A stretch of 62,505 bases of DNA, taken from the IMG/VR virus record IMGVR_UViG_3300032223_002350, positions 1 through 62,505 of that record; one strand, given 5' to 3'. Below, piece by piece: positions 8,215-17,779 of this stretch (positions within the stretch are counted from its first letter, which is position 1; every line of letters starts with the position of its first letter). Position numbers and translations under genes: made by a program. The DNA is from a virus (Duplodnaviria > Caudoviricetes). The notes below the pieces were generated by a model that was given only the letters and a program-made list of their open reading frames with translations, searched no databases and was not told the DNA's origin.

Positions 8215-8415
8215 TCAAAGTGATGTATTCATTCTCCACTCAATGGGCAGCATTATCTTAAATTTTATTCTATCTTCAAGTCTATCATGTAATTTCCACT
8301 CGAGTTGATTTTTTACTATAGATCTTATTTTGAAATTATCATCCACCATTTTATGTAATGGACTCCATAATATAGAGATAAACTTATTGGAAAATGTGGA
8401 GTTAATTTCTTTCAT
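8215..8415 (-). CDS. hypothetical protein, possibly a degenerate QL-repeat paralogue
   Basis: MKEINS...LWSPL...QLEWKLHDRLEDRI, with a 4-residue hydrophobic period. Confidence 0.55.
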   Translation of the reverse strand: MKEINSTFSNKFISILWSPLHKMVDDNFKIRSIVKNQLEWKLHDRLEDRIKFKIMLPIEWRMNTSL

Positions 8416-9731
8416 CGGTAATCTATTAGATCTTCAATGTCTGGGTGAGTCATGTCTTTTTGTGTAGACTTTGGAGTATCTTTTAATCTGTCTTCTTCGG
8501 CTTTGACATTTTCAGCCATGTCTTTTATTCCCAAGTGCTTAAGATGTTCTAAGTAAAAATCATCTATCTTATAGAATGATTCTAGCTCTTTTGGGGCATC
8601 AGGAGATTCAGGCGCAATTGCTTGTAAGACTTGTCGTTTGGCCTTTGTAAAGTAGTCAAGAGACAGCAAGAATGAGCAATTATAACATAACCACCGTAGA
8701 TTATCTTCTCTCCAATCTGTCTTATCATTATTTTTAAAATTAAGTAAAAGAGGCATCTTCATGTCGATTGGTCTCTTTTGAGAAAATCCACACTCAGCAC
8801 AACAAAATCCTAGTCTTCCATCTTTCATTAATCTTGAAGCGAGTTCATCTATTCTTACTGGAGTTGAATATTGACCCTGTACAAGTTGATATCCAAGTTC
8901 TAATGCTCTTGGGTTAACTTGATTCTTTCTTGCTGTTCTAACTTTTGGAATTCCTTTACCTCCAGTTGCCATGTGTATATCAAATAAAGATCTACCATTA
9001 ACTGGATCTTTATACATCTTAGCATATTTTCTCCAAGTCTTATATGATACTCTTAACCAAGATGCAGCTTCTTTATTACTTCTTGTATTTTTTATTGCAC
9101 TACGTACTAACTCTTCAGATAATTCAAGCCCCTTATACTTATGTTCATCTAATATAACATGTCCTGGTTTAAATCTAGCTTCTGCAAATGCTTTCTTTCT
9201 AGCTTCAAGTCTTTCAAAATAACCAGATTCTTTTCTTGCTAAGAATCTTTCATGATTAATTTTTCTCCATTTTTCATGTTGAACTTCATATAATGTCATC
9301 CCAGTCTCATCGTCTGTATACATTGAAGCATATTTCTTCCAAGCTTGTCTAGATACGTCCATGACTTCTGCCGCTTCTCTATTAGAATTAGATATAGCCA
9401 TTGCATCTAGTACCTGCTGCTTTGTTATTTCTAGTTTATTTTTGGCTTGATTATTGACCTTAGTACCTTTTGGACCTATGCCAACTTTATTAGCTTTTTC
9501 TATAAGTAATGCTCTGCGTTGAAGTTCTAATAGAGTAAGACCTGTTTCTATATCTAAGTACTTATTCGCCCAAGTTTTAAATCTAATTTCACTAACTTTT
9601 AGAAATCTCGCTGCTCTGCTTATATGGTTGGAATGTTGCAAAGCTTTACGTATATCAGACTCAGAAATTACCATCTGAGCTGCCCATGATTTTAACCCCT
9701 TTCGAGGATCATCAAATAGACCTGAAGACAT
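8412..9731 (-). CDS. triple HTH-repeat protein with C-terminal degenerate HNH/Zn domain
   Basis: Three SN..AA....VS...W..YA..Y.D..TG.TL modules, then CAECG...DNLRWLCYNC. Confidence 0.7.
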   Translation of the reverse strand: MSSGLFDDPRKGLKSWAAQMVISESDIRKALQHSNHISRAARFLKVSEIRFKTWANKYLDIETGLTLLELQRRALLIEKANKVGIGPKGTKVNNQAKNKLEITKQQVLDAMAISNSNREAAEVMDVSRQAWKKYASMYTDDETGMTLYEVQHEKWRKINHERFLARKESGYFERLEARKKAFAEARFKPGHVILDEHKYKGLELSEELVRSAIKNTRSNKEAASWLRVSYKTWRKYAKMYKDPVNGRSLFDIHMATGGKGIPKVRTARKNQVNPRALELGYQLVQGQYSTPVRIDELASRLMKDGRLGFCCAECGFSQKRPIDMKMPLLLNFKNNDKTDWREDNLRWLCYNCSFLLSLDYFTKAKRQVLQAIAPESPDAPKELESFYKIDDFYLEHLKHLGIKDMAENVKAEEDRLKDTPKSTQKDMTHPDIEDLIDYR

Positions 9732-9736
9732 AACGT

Positions 9737-10141
9737 TTATTTTATTTTTGGATTAATCTTTATCATCATGTCCCAAAGATCATAAGGACTTTGCATATTT
9801 ATTTCATTACCTTGAGTATCAACTAGAGATAGAGCTTGACCATTTTCGTCTATTCTTTCCCATAGATAAAAACTTATAAGATCATAACATTCTGGGCCAT
9901 AACTAATGAGTAGTAGGTAATCAATTACACTGTAGAATCTCTCATCGTACTTAGCCATATCCATTTCAAGATCTGTATACATTATATTAGAACGTACAAT
10001 GGCCTCTTCGATAGTATTAATTATCTTTACAAAAGACTCTCTCTTCTTTTCTACTCCACTTCTCTGTAATTTTCTCTTGACAAATGATTGAACATTTAAA
10101 ACTGAATTTACAGCATCTTGGATATTTTTATATTCTTCCAT
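9737..10141 (-). CDS. hypothetical protein
   Basis: 134-aa ORF in an operon-like run. Confidence 0.7.
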   Translation of the reverse strand: MEEYKNIQDAVNSVLNVQSFVKRKLQRSGVEKKRESFVKIINTIEEAIVRSNIMYTDLEMDMAKYDERFYSVIDYLLLISYGPECYDLISFYLWERIDENGQALSLVDTQGNEINMQSPYDLWDMMIKINPKIK

Positions 10142-10147
10142 GGCAAC

Positions 10148-10486
10148 CTACTTTTTTGATAATCTCTTATGCTTATCTTTTATATCATGTATTAAAGCTG
10201 TAATTTTTCCACATGTATTATAATCTTCATCTTCTACAAACATTGTAATACAAGATTCTAAAGCATTAGTCCAATCATTCTTGTGTAGTTCTATATAACA
10301 TCCAGAATCATTAATCTCGAATAATGTTGCGAATATACTATTAGTTTTATACGCCTCTTCGATAATATGGGGAACTTTTTCTTTTAGTAGTATTTTGAAT
10401 GGTGTAGATTTTACTACATCTTCTGTTGTTAGTTGATGTACTCCATCGAATATAGCTCTAATAGGTACTTCTTTTTTGGCTGCCAT
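10148..10486 (-). CDS. hypothetical protein (UVR-like EDY..C C-terminus)
   Basis: 112-aa ORF. Confidence 0.65.
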   Translation of the reverse strand: MAAKKEVPIRAIFDGVHQLTTEDVVKSTPFKILLKEKVPHIIEEAYKTNSIFATLFEINDSGCYIELHKNDWTNALESCITMFVEDEDYNTCGKITALIHDIKDKHKRLSKK

Positions 10487-10500
10487 AACATTTATAGGTT

Positions 10501-10815
10501 TTAATGTTGACCTTTAAGGACATTTAATAGAAGTGTTGTAATTGAATTCAACGGCACTAAAAAACCTATTACATTTTTAAATGGTGTTCTATCATCAAAG
10601 TCTACCATTATTCCAGCATCTCCAAATCTTTTCTGTAATGCTGTTGATATCTTTTGAGTAAGCTCTTGCTTTTCTTTGGGATCCATGCCTTCATTGTCAA
10701 GTATGAATTGCATCTTAACTCCTCTCTTAGTCTCATTGGTATTCAAATCAAACTGAAGTCCTAGCTTTTGTCCTGCTACTGTAACTGTAGTCTTTGGTTT
10801 TGGTATATTTGGCAT
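10501..10815 (-). CDS. hypothetical late protein
   Basis: 104-aa ORF with the late motif at 10829-10836. Confidence 0.7.
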   Translation of the reverse strand: MPNIPKPKTTVTVAGQKLGLQFDLNTNETKRGVKMQFILDNEGMDPKEKQELTQKISTALQKRFGDAGIMVDFDDRTPFKNVIGFLVPLNSITTLLLNVLKGQH

Positions 10816-10845
10816 TGCGTCTTTATAAATAAATATACGTGATTA

Positions 10846-11418
10846 TTAGATGATCTCTTCTATAAATCCAAGTTCTAATGCTTCATCTGGACTTATATAC
10901 CACTCTTTATTTTTATCTTTAACACTTTTTAACTTCTTCTTTGTGATCCCAGTGTACTCTAATAATATATCATCATATATAGCTTGAAGTCTAACTCCCT
11001 GTGCTATCTCTTGCTTATGATATGTTAGTTTTTCTTGTGCTGATTCCCAAGCCATTTCATGATACATTAGAGTTGATCTTTTGCTCATTTTTCTTACATG
11101 ACCTACACAGAGTATTGGAAGTGCCATTGACATTGCATGACCTTGAACTGTGATATGAACTGGAGTTTGTGAAGCCTCTATACAATCAACTAGTCCAAAT
11201 CCATAATATACAGATCCTCCTGGAGAATTAAGAAATAGTTGTATAGGTTCACGTGATTCTGGACGGAGTGTTTTAATATTAGAAGAATCTTCTTTATTAA
11301 TCTCATGTATTTGACCAATGACATAATTAACACTATCATCATCAATCTCTCCAAGGACAATTATTCTACTTAGTACTTCTTGTGACTGTTGCTTATTTTT
11401 TGAGTATTTAGCTTCCAT
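10846..11418 (-). CDS. clpP: ATP-dependent Clp protease proteolytic subunit
   Basis: NSPGGSV, catalytic Ser in AMSMA, His in LMYHE, YISPDEALELGFI. Confidence 0.9.
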   Translation of the reverse strand: MEAKYSKNKQQSQEVLSRIIVLGEIDDDSVNYVIGQIHEINKEDSSNIKTLRPESREPIQLFLNSPGGSVYYGFGLVDCIEASQTPVHITVQGHAMSMALPILCVGHVRKMSKRSTLMYHEMAWESAQEKLTYHKQEIAQGVRLQAIYDDILLEYTGITKKKLKSVKDKNKEWYISPDEALELGFIEEII

Positions 11419-11473
11419 AACTTACATTTTAAAGAATATACTAAATTTAGTTGAGATTTTAAAATTAAATTTC

Positions 11474-12247
11474 TTAGTCTATGTATTTTAGATTACTCTC
11501 TGGATCATGTTTAATATAAGAACCCCATTTATATTTAGCATATTCATGACCTTGAATTTCTTGCTCTTGTCTTTGTGTTCCTGTTGCTACTTGTGCAAAA
11601 TGATAAAAATGACAATTATATAATCTATGTGAGTCTAAACCCATTTTTTGACACTTAAGAAAAAAATCCCAATCAGCAACAACTCCATTTGTAGGATAGT
11701 TTTCATCCCAACCGCCTAATGCAATAAATTTTTCTTTTGACATTAATATTGGTAAAGTCCACCCATTTCTACTCATAGTTGTATCAGATATACCATCTTC
11801 ATATTGCCAAAATTTATCTAAATCAAAATCATTTATATTTTTTCCTAAATCCATAATGTCAAATTGCCTAAACATACTTGGATTTGGTTCTGTTTGATTT
11901 GGACAATAAACTATATTCTCATTTTTACAGTAATTTAATTTTTCATCCCACTTATTAGGAAAAACATTATCATCATTTACTATTAAAATTTTATTATGCT
12001 TAGCATTGTATACTCCAATATTAGTAGCTCTGCAGAGACCTTGATTTTCTTCTAAAACTACAATATCTATCTCATTTTTATATTTATCTAATACTGACTT
12101 ATTTAGATCATAAAACCCATCAATAATAACTATTATCTGATTCTTATTAACCTGTCCAGAAATAGCCGATTTGATGCAAAGATCGAGATATTCTGGTTCT
12201 TTATATGTAGGAATTACTACTGAGATCATATTATTATAATTTATCAT
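11474..12247 (-). CDS. glycosyltransferase family 2
   Basis: ISVVIPTY, NDD, GGWDE, DWDF. The true start is probably at MISVV. Confidence 0.85.
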   Translation of the reverse strand: MINYNNMISVVIPTYKEPEYLDLCIKSAISGQVNKNQIIVIIDGFYDLNKSVLDKYKNEIDIVVLEENQGLCRATNIGVYNAKHNKILIVNDDNVFPNKWDEKLNYCKNENIVYCPNQTEPNPSMFRQFDIMDLGKNINDFDLDKFWQYEDGISDTTMSRNGWTLPILMSKEKFIALGGWDENYPTNGVVADWDFFLKCQKMGLDSHRLYNCHFYHFAQVATGTQRQEQEIQGHEYAKYKWGSYIKHDPESNLKYID

Positions 12248-12509
12248 TCCCCCAAAACCTATTCCCTCTACTTATACCATTATGTATTGAAATACTATTT
12301 GGAAAATATCTACTCCATAAATTATCTAATGATTGGGTTAAGTTTTGATTATTATTTTTGTATGTTGTAGATGATATTACACCTTTAAATAATTTTAATA
12401 TATCTAAATTATAAATTATATATTGTTCTAATTTATCTATGTCATTTTGACTTTCTATATATCCTACAGAAGCATAGTAACTATTTATTATCAAATCTTT
12501 AAGCTTCAT
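12234..12509 (-). pseudogene. truncated fragment of a glycosyltransferase-island gene
   Basis: Short AT-rich ORF (MKLKDLI...) ending abruptly and overlapping both neighbours. Confidence 0.4.
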
Positions 12510-13183
12510 ATTTTTGACCAATCTATTAAAGGGGTTAACCAAGCAGTCTCCCCGTGTGTAGAATATCCAGGCACAGGGGTAACAAGACTCTTACTCTTGC
12601 TATCCGATAAAGATAAAAACATTTCAAAGTCTTTGGGATAAGTGCCAGACGTATAGTACCTGAGTATCTGCTCATCGTCTCTCAGAGTTTTTATTTTAGA
12701 GGCGAATGTCATCGTGGTCGAATTTGTAATTTTCCAATGACAAGACTTAGTCAGCATCAGTCTGGTTACCTCTCCTCCTGACTCGACATACGGGTTTGCT
12801 CCATTTATGTACTTATCTGGATGGTCGTATAAAGAAACGTAGTCTGCTCCAGTATCAAAGCCCTCTAACAGTATTTCTTGAGATTCTGGTTTATGCAGGT
12901 AATCGTTTTCAAGGAAGTATACTATATCTTTATCATCGTATTTTAAAGCCTCTGTTAGCGCTAGATTGAACGTTCCGGCACCATGACCTACGGATACTTT
13001 AACTATGTTGGACTGGTACTTGGATATCATGTCTAAAGTGGGTTGAGAACAGTTGTCTGCTATCACCAACCAGTCAGCTTTATCAAAGACTTGACTCGCA
13101 TTCTTTAAACAACTTTCGTTGTTGATATAACCTGGTTTTACTTTGCTATAACCAACGTCCGATATTCTATATATTAGTTTCAT
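12506..13183 (-). CDS. GT-A fold glycosyltransferase
   Basis: VIADN, YFLENDYLH, YSTHGE. Confidence 0.75.
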   Translation of the reverse strand: MKLIYRISDVGYSKVKPGYINNESCLKNASQVFDKADWLVIADNCSQPTLDMISKYQSNIVKVSVGHGAGTFNLALTEALKYDDKDIVYFLENDYLHKPESQEILLEGFDTGADYVSLYDHPDKYINGANPYVESGGEVTRLMLTKSCHWKITNSTTMTFASKIKTLRDDEQILRYYTSGTYPKDFEMFLSLSDSKSKSLVTPVPGYSTHGETAWLTPLIDWSKI

Positions 13184-13186
13184 GTT

Positions 13187-13858
13187 TTATTGTCTTGATA
13201 CTATCGTTTTTTTAATGTACTCAAACCCGTCATTGTTCATGGTAATTATGTGCTCTAAAAAATTTTTTTGTTCTACACAGTTTTCTATAAAGTCTATGCC
13301 TTCTAAACTAAATAAAATGCCCATCGCCCTTTCAGAAACCATGCACTCTGATTTATTAACGGGTAAAAAGGTTAAGTGCAACTTGTTATGTATAAACTTT
13401 TTCATCAGTTTGTTTTTAATTATACACATGGTTCCAAAGATACCTAACATCGGATATCCTGGATTGTGCTTATAAGCCGGTCCAACAAACCTATCTATAA
13501 CAGGTTGATCTGCAGCTTGGGGCTCTTGTATAAAATACAGAAAAGAATAATTCTCTTCGTTGTGTAAAAATTTATCTATCGATTTTTTTATGATAATGGT
13601 ATCGTGTATTAAAATGTAATGATGTTCATCTGGAAACATTTCATAAGCTTTCCACAAAGCTCCCACTATGTAGTTGGAGTTTTTCTTATCACACACTATA
13701 ACATTGGGAATACTAACTATATCATCAATGTAAGAAGTATCTTCAGAAAACGAATCTACCACAACAATTTTTTCTTCTGGGTGGTGTAGACTTATAGAAG
13801 TAACACACTGTCTGATTTGACTTTTTTCTTTATCGTATTTACAAGGAATAATAAACAT
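13187..13858 (-). CDS. GT-A fold glycosyltransferase-like protein
   Basis: IVVVDS, LIHDT, ERAMG. Confidence 0.6.
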   Translation of the reverse strand: MFIIPCKYDKEKSQIRQCVTSISLHHPEEKIVVVDSFSEDTSYIDDIVSIPNVIVCDKKNSNYIVGALWKAYEMFPDEHHYILIHDTIIIKKSIDKFLHNEENYSFLYFIQEPQAADQPVIDRFVGPAYKHNPGYPMLGIFGTMCIIKNKLMKKFIHNKLHLTFLPVNKSECMVSERAMGILFSLEGIDFIENCVEQKNFLEHIITMNNDGFEYIKKTIVSRQ

Positions 13859-13861
13859 ACT

Positions 13862-14221
13862 CTATATTTCAATGTCTTTAATGCCAGTATTTCTTTTTAC
13901 GTTAATCGCTGTCGCGTATTCATCTCCGCTATCTTTGCAGTCGTTGATCAATATCCTGTGTCCACCTCCGATACCCATGATAAGTTGATCGTAAAATATT
14001 CCGACTTTAGACAATTGAAGTTCAGTGACCCTTCTTAAGCTCTCTTTTCTACCGGTCGTAAGAATGATGTTATATCCCCTTTTATCCCAGTCTAATAACT
14101 TCTCTAATGTTCCCTTTAACACTTCCATTTCATAACACTCTTGAGAAGATATGTGTGGTGGAGCGTGTTTAACCAGAGTTCCATCTATGTCACAAAATAC
14201 TGTTTTCGGTCTAAGATCCAT
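13862..14221 (-). CDS. HAD-family phosphatase
   Basis: DIDGT motif I, TTGR motif II, LIND. Confidence 0.85.
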   Translation of the reverse strand: MDLRPKTVFCDIDGTLVKHAPPHISSQECYEMEVLKGTLEKLLDWDKRGYNIILTTGRKESLRRVTELQLSKVGIFYDQLIMGIGGGHRILINDCKDSGDEYATAINVKRNTGIKDIEI

Positions 14222-15188
14222 ACAATTCTGTTAACTTTTTGTCTATGTTATGTTTAATTTGGGTATCGATATCCGGAAAGTTTGATTTAATCTTATTCAC
14301 GAAATCCTCTTTACTCAATATATAGTGTCCGCATATCTTAATTAAATCTTTCTTTTGAGTTAACGGATTAAAATCTTTATTGACCCATTTTTCCCATTTT
14401 TTAGACTCATAACACATTTTCCAAAACTCTTCAAATAGTTTATCGTCTGTGATATTATCAAGATAGGTTTGTGTTTCTATCAGTCCGAATTCTGGAGCTA
14501 TGTTAATCGCATCTAAACCTAGACTAAATTTTTCTTTTATTGTGGATACAGGGATATAATCGCCGTTATGTTCTTTGGATAAAAGGTTGTACTCTTTGGC
14601 CAAATCTACCATTTTAATCAGTCTGTCCTTATCGTATTGGCCAGTTTGTGTGTTGCCTTTTAGAGAAGTACCAGATTGAATAACAAGATACTTTATTTTA
14701 GAAAACAAATCATCGCCCGATCTACGATTAACGTCATAGACAAAATGCTTTAGTTCATCCACTTCAAACTTTCTAATAGCTTCTTCGGTACCGATTTCGT
14801 ATTGTAAATTAGGATTTCTATCGTTACAGTACTTTAACATGTTAACCGTATAACCCAAACCATCTCTGTAGTCAGGGTACTTTTTCCATGGGTCTAAGTG
14901 TATCAGCTGTAGATGTTTACAATCGTGAGATAACGATTCTAGTCCGTCATCTTCGTATTGACCCTGACCTGGTCCGCTGTGATCCCTCTGTAATACAACC
15001 TTGTCTGTTTTGTCTTTGACGTATTGACTAAAATCAGACGTTGTCCAATTATTAACGTATCCGCCGTTCCATTCAACCTGACGTCTGGAAGGTATTAGTC
15101 CTATATTATTTCCTGTTTTATTACAGAATTCGACTATGGTATCAACTACGTTTTTGGACATAGGACCTATAAAATATTTAGGAGTCAT
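14211..15188 (-). CDS. GatZ/KbaZ-like TIM-barrel sugar-phosphate epimerase/aldolase
   Basis: SRRQV..GGY, RDHSGP, HLD, YEIGTE, EHNGDY, NIAPEFG. Confidence 0.7.
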   Translation of the reverse strand: MTPKYFIGPMSKNVVDTIVEFCNKTGNNIGLIPSRRQVEWNGGYVNNWTTSDFSQYVKDKTDKVVLQRDHSGPGQGQYEDDGLESLSHDCKHLQLIHLDPWKKYPDYRDGLGYTVNMLKYCNDRNPNLQYEIGTEEAIRKFEVDELKHFVYDVNRRSGDDLFSKIKYLVIQSGTSLKGNTQTGQYDKDRLIKMVDLAKEYNLLSKEHNGDYIPVSTIKEKFSLGLDAINIAPEFGLIETQTYLDNITDDKLFEEFWKMCYESKKWEKWVNKDFNPLTQKKDLIKICGHYILSKEDFVNKIKSNFPDIDTQIKHNIDKKLTELYGS

Positions 15189-15191
15189 ACT

Positions 15192-15902
15192 TTATTTTTT
15201 ATACTTTAACAATTCCTCAGAATACCAGTCCTTTTCTTTTTTGTATATTTTATCCGGAGTTGAGGGACTTCCATAAATTTCATCGATAGGTAAATCAAGA
15301 ACAGGAAAATTTCTTTTAACCAGTAGCGTAATACCCACTCTTCTTGATCCGTAACCAAAAGGAAAGTCTACTATGTCGAAAGTTCCGTCAAACAATTTAG
15401 ATCTCAAATCTATAATGAATTCACGACATCCGTCAATCCTTAAAGTATCATGAAATGCAATTACTCCAAATGACGATAGGTTAGGATAGACAACGTCAAA
15501 ATCATTTTTGATACCCTGATAAGAATGGCAACCGTCGATAAAAGCAAAGTCAATACTCTGACCGTGTTTTTTATCAATAAGATCTTTGAATTCAGGGGTT
15601 TTTGAATTTATCTGAGTCAATTCGTAATTGGTAAATCCAAATTTGTTTAGGTAAGCTTCACACTTATCTTTTGTGGATAAGGTCTGGAATTGGTTTAATA
15701 AACCATGAGTATCCCATAAATCGTACCCATACACAAAGCCCCCTATTTCTTTAACTGCTTCACAAAAATATCTGGTTGTTATAGCCTGTACTACTCCTAT
15801 CTCTACTATAGTCTTTGCTTCGTTAAACCTAATTAAAGATTTAAACATTTCTCCCATCTCATAAGAGTACGGTTCCAACCAAGGTGTTTCTTGATTAATC
15901 AT
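15192..15902 (-). CDS. class I SAM-dependent methyltransferase (Methyltransf_24-like)
   Basis: VEIGV, FIDGCHSY, IAFHD. Confidence 0.85.
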   Translation of the reverse strand: MINQETPWLEPYSYEMGEMFKSLIRFNEAKTIVEIGVVQAITTRYFCEAVKEIGGFVYGYDLWDTHGLLNQFQTLSTKDKCEAYLNKFGFTNYELTQINSKTPEFKDLIDKKHGQSIDFAFIDGCHSYQGIKNDFDVVYPNLSSFGVIAFHDTLRIDGCREFIIDLRSKLFDGTFDIVDFPFGYGSRRVGITLLVKRNFPVLDLPIDEIYGSPSTPDKIYKKEKDWYSEELLKYKK

Positions 15903-15909
15903 ACGTATT

Positions 15910-17445
15910 TTATTTTAATTGTTTTTGTAAATTGTATTTTCCGTAATTAAATAAAAAATTATTGAATGGATATTCATGTAATGGAGCCATATTAATCCAA
16001 ATTATCGCTGTTAGTACTTTTACTTTTTTCAAGTCTAATCCATTATTAGTGATAAACAAATGTAAAATTTCTTCGCACTCTTTTAGTTTACTATTGATTA
16101 AAACATAACAATTTTCTTTAGATGAATTAAATAAATTTTTGTTTATTATATCGTGGTTGATCGTTAGGTTGTGGTTTAATTTAGCCAAATCGTAATATAA
16201 ATCTCCAACCTTTAAATTCCCAGCAAAATCTTGTCTCCAGTCAATTAATTTAAAGCCGTCCTCTGTCTCAATGATATTATCCAAAATAAAATCACCGTGA
16301 AACTGACTTGGTATCCCGCTACACAACCAGTCACTGTCGATAGAATCAACTAAATCATAAATGCCTTTGATATACTGTCCGTTGATTTGGCTGTTTTCTG
16401 TGTTGTTTTTTAGATACTGGGCTATTCTTTGCTTGGTTTTGTTAATATAAAAATTATAACACTTATCTTTAAAACTTGAGTCTTCGGTTTTTATCCAAAG
16501 GTTATCGTTTGACCAAGTCAAAAATTTAGTAAACTTATCAGCGTTAACAGACTTTGAAAATAGTTTGCCTTCTGCTTTTTCATACTTGTAAAAATTTTCT
16601 CTAGAATCAATAATCTTTGGAACTAAATCCCCCAAATTAAAAGCTCTATCAACCCTGTTTTTATTTACTGTTGAATTAGAAAAGAACTTGATAACGAAAT
16701 CCTCAAAGAAAAATATAGATTCATCTATCTTATCTAGTACTTCGATATTAGAATGAAACGCTTTTCTTGTTTTATTCAATTCTGTGGTATTACCTACATC
16801 GAACCAGTCAAATCCATTAATCCACTTTCCGTAAAAATCAACGCTAGATAACATATCGTTTATCGCGTGTACGTCTGAAGTATCTTCGTGTTTGCTTTCG
16901 ATTAATTTCTCCAGTTTGGAAAAGAATAGTTCGAAATCTTTAATGCCTGTAATTCCTATGTACGAATAATCAAAGTTTAATTCTCCCTTCTCGTTTATCT
17001 TGATTAACTTATTTTCGTTAATGCGGATAGTTCTATACTTAGACGCGTCTTCTTTGTAAGAACCCACTATGTAATTTTCAGAAGGGTATTCTGGAGTATA
17101 CCTCGTGATTACGGTGTCCGATGCGTGGAATATGAACGGTGAGTTTACGTGAGACTTACATTGTAATAGAGAATACCCCAAGCTGCTGCCACGTCCTTTG
17201 TATTTGTTTATTTCTACGAAGGTGAATTTATGCTTTGGATATGCCAATTCAAGAAATTGTTTTACATGAGAACCAAAATGTCCTAGGGTTATTATGAACT
17301 CAACGCTTTCAGGATATGATTCTATAATGTAAGAGATCGCCGGTTTATCGGCTATTCTTATCAAAGATTTGTTGGTATAGTTGGTTAATTCTCCAAGTCT
17401 ACTTCCCAATCCGCTGGTGGTTATGATGACTTTATATTCTTCCAT
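15910..17445 (-). CDS. nucleotidyltransferase fused to a choline/aminoglycoside-type kinase
   Basis: SGLGSRL...NKSLI N-terminal domain; HGDFILDN, IDWR and DLYYDLAKL kinase motifs. Confidence 0.85.
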   Translation of the reverse strand: MEEYKVIITTSGLGSRLGELTNYTNKSLIRIADKPAISYIIESYPESVEFIITLGHFGSHVKQFLELAYPKHKFTFVEINKYKGRGSSLGYSLLQCKSHVNSPFIFHASDTVITRYTPEYPSENYIVGSYKEDASKYRTIRINENKLIKINEKGELNFDYSYIGITGIKDFELFFSKLEKLIESKHEDTSDVHAINDMLSSVDFYGKWINGFDWFDVGNTTELNKTRKAFHSNIEVLDKIDESIFFFEDFVIKFFSNSTVNKNRVDRAFNLGDLVPKIIDSRENFYKYEKAEGKLFSKSVNADKFTKFLTWSNDNLWIKTEDSSFKDKCYNFYINKTKQRIAQYLKNNTENSQINGQYIKGIYDLVDSIDSDWLCSGIPSQFHGDFILDNIIETEDGFKLIDWRQDFAGNLKVGDLYYDLAKLNHNLTINHDIINKNLFNSSKENCYVLINSKLKECEEILHLFITNNGLDLKKVKVLTAIIWINMAPLHEYPFNNFLFNYGKYNLQKQLK

Positions 17446-17779
17446 AGTTGTCTTTTATGCGTACTATATCGTCTTCTCCAAAATACTCTCCGTGTTGTAC
17501 TTCGATGAATATCAAGTCCTCTTCACCTGTGTTTTTTACCTGATGTTTCATCAATACAGGAATTATTACAGTATCTCCAACGGAATACTCTTTCTCAACG
17601 TCGTCCAGTATAATCGAAGCTTTACCTTTTACTATAACGTATACTTCGCTTCGTTTGAAATGATACTGGTAACTGGGAGCTTGACCTGGTTTTATGGTTA
17701 TTGTTTTTACCTTACAATAGTCCGTGTCTAATATGTTTTCGAAAGATCCCCACGGTCTTTGTTCTATGTAGTTCATCAT
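17432..17779 (-). CDS. mannose-6-phosphate isomerase type II-like cupin
   Basis: RPWG, SYQYHFKRSE, EVQHG.YFGEDDIVR. Confidence 0.88.
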   Translation of the reverse strand: MMNYIEQRPWGSFENILDTDYCKVKTITIKPGQAPSYQYHFKRSEVYVIVKGKASIILDDVEKEYSVGDTVIIPVLMKHQVKNTGEEDLIFIEVQHGEYFGEDDIVRIKDNYGRI

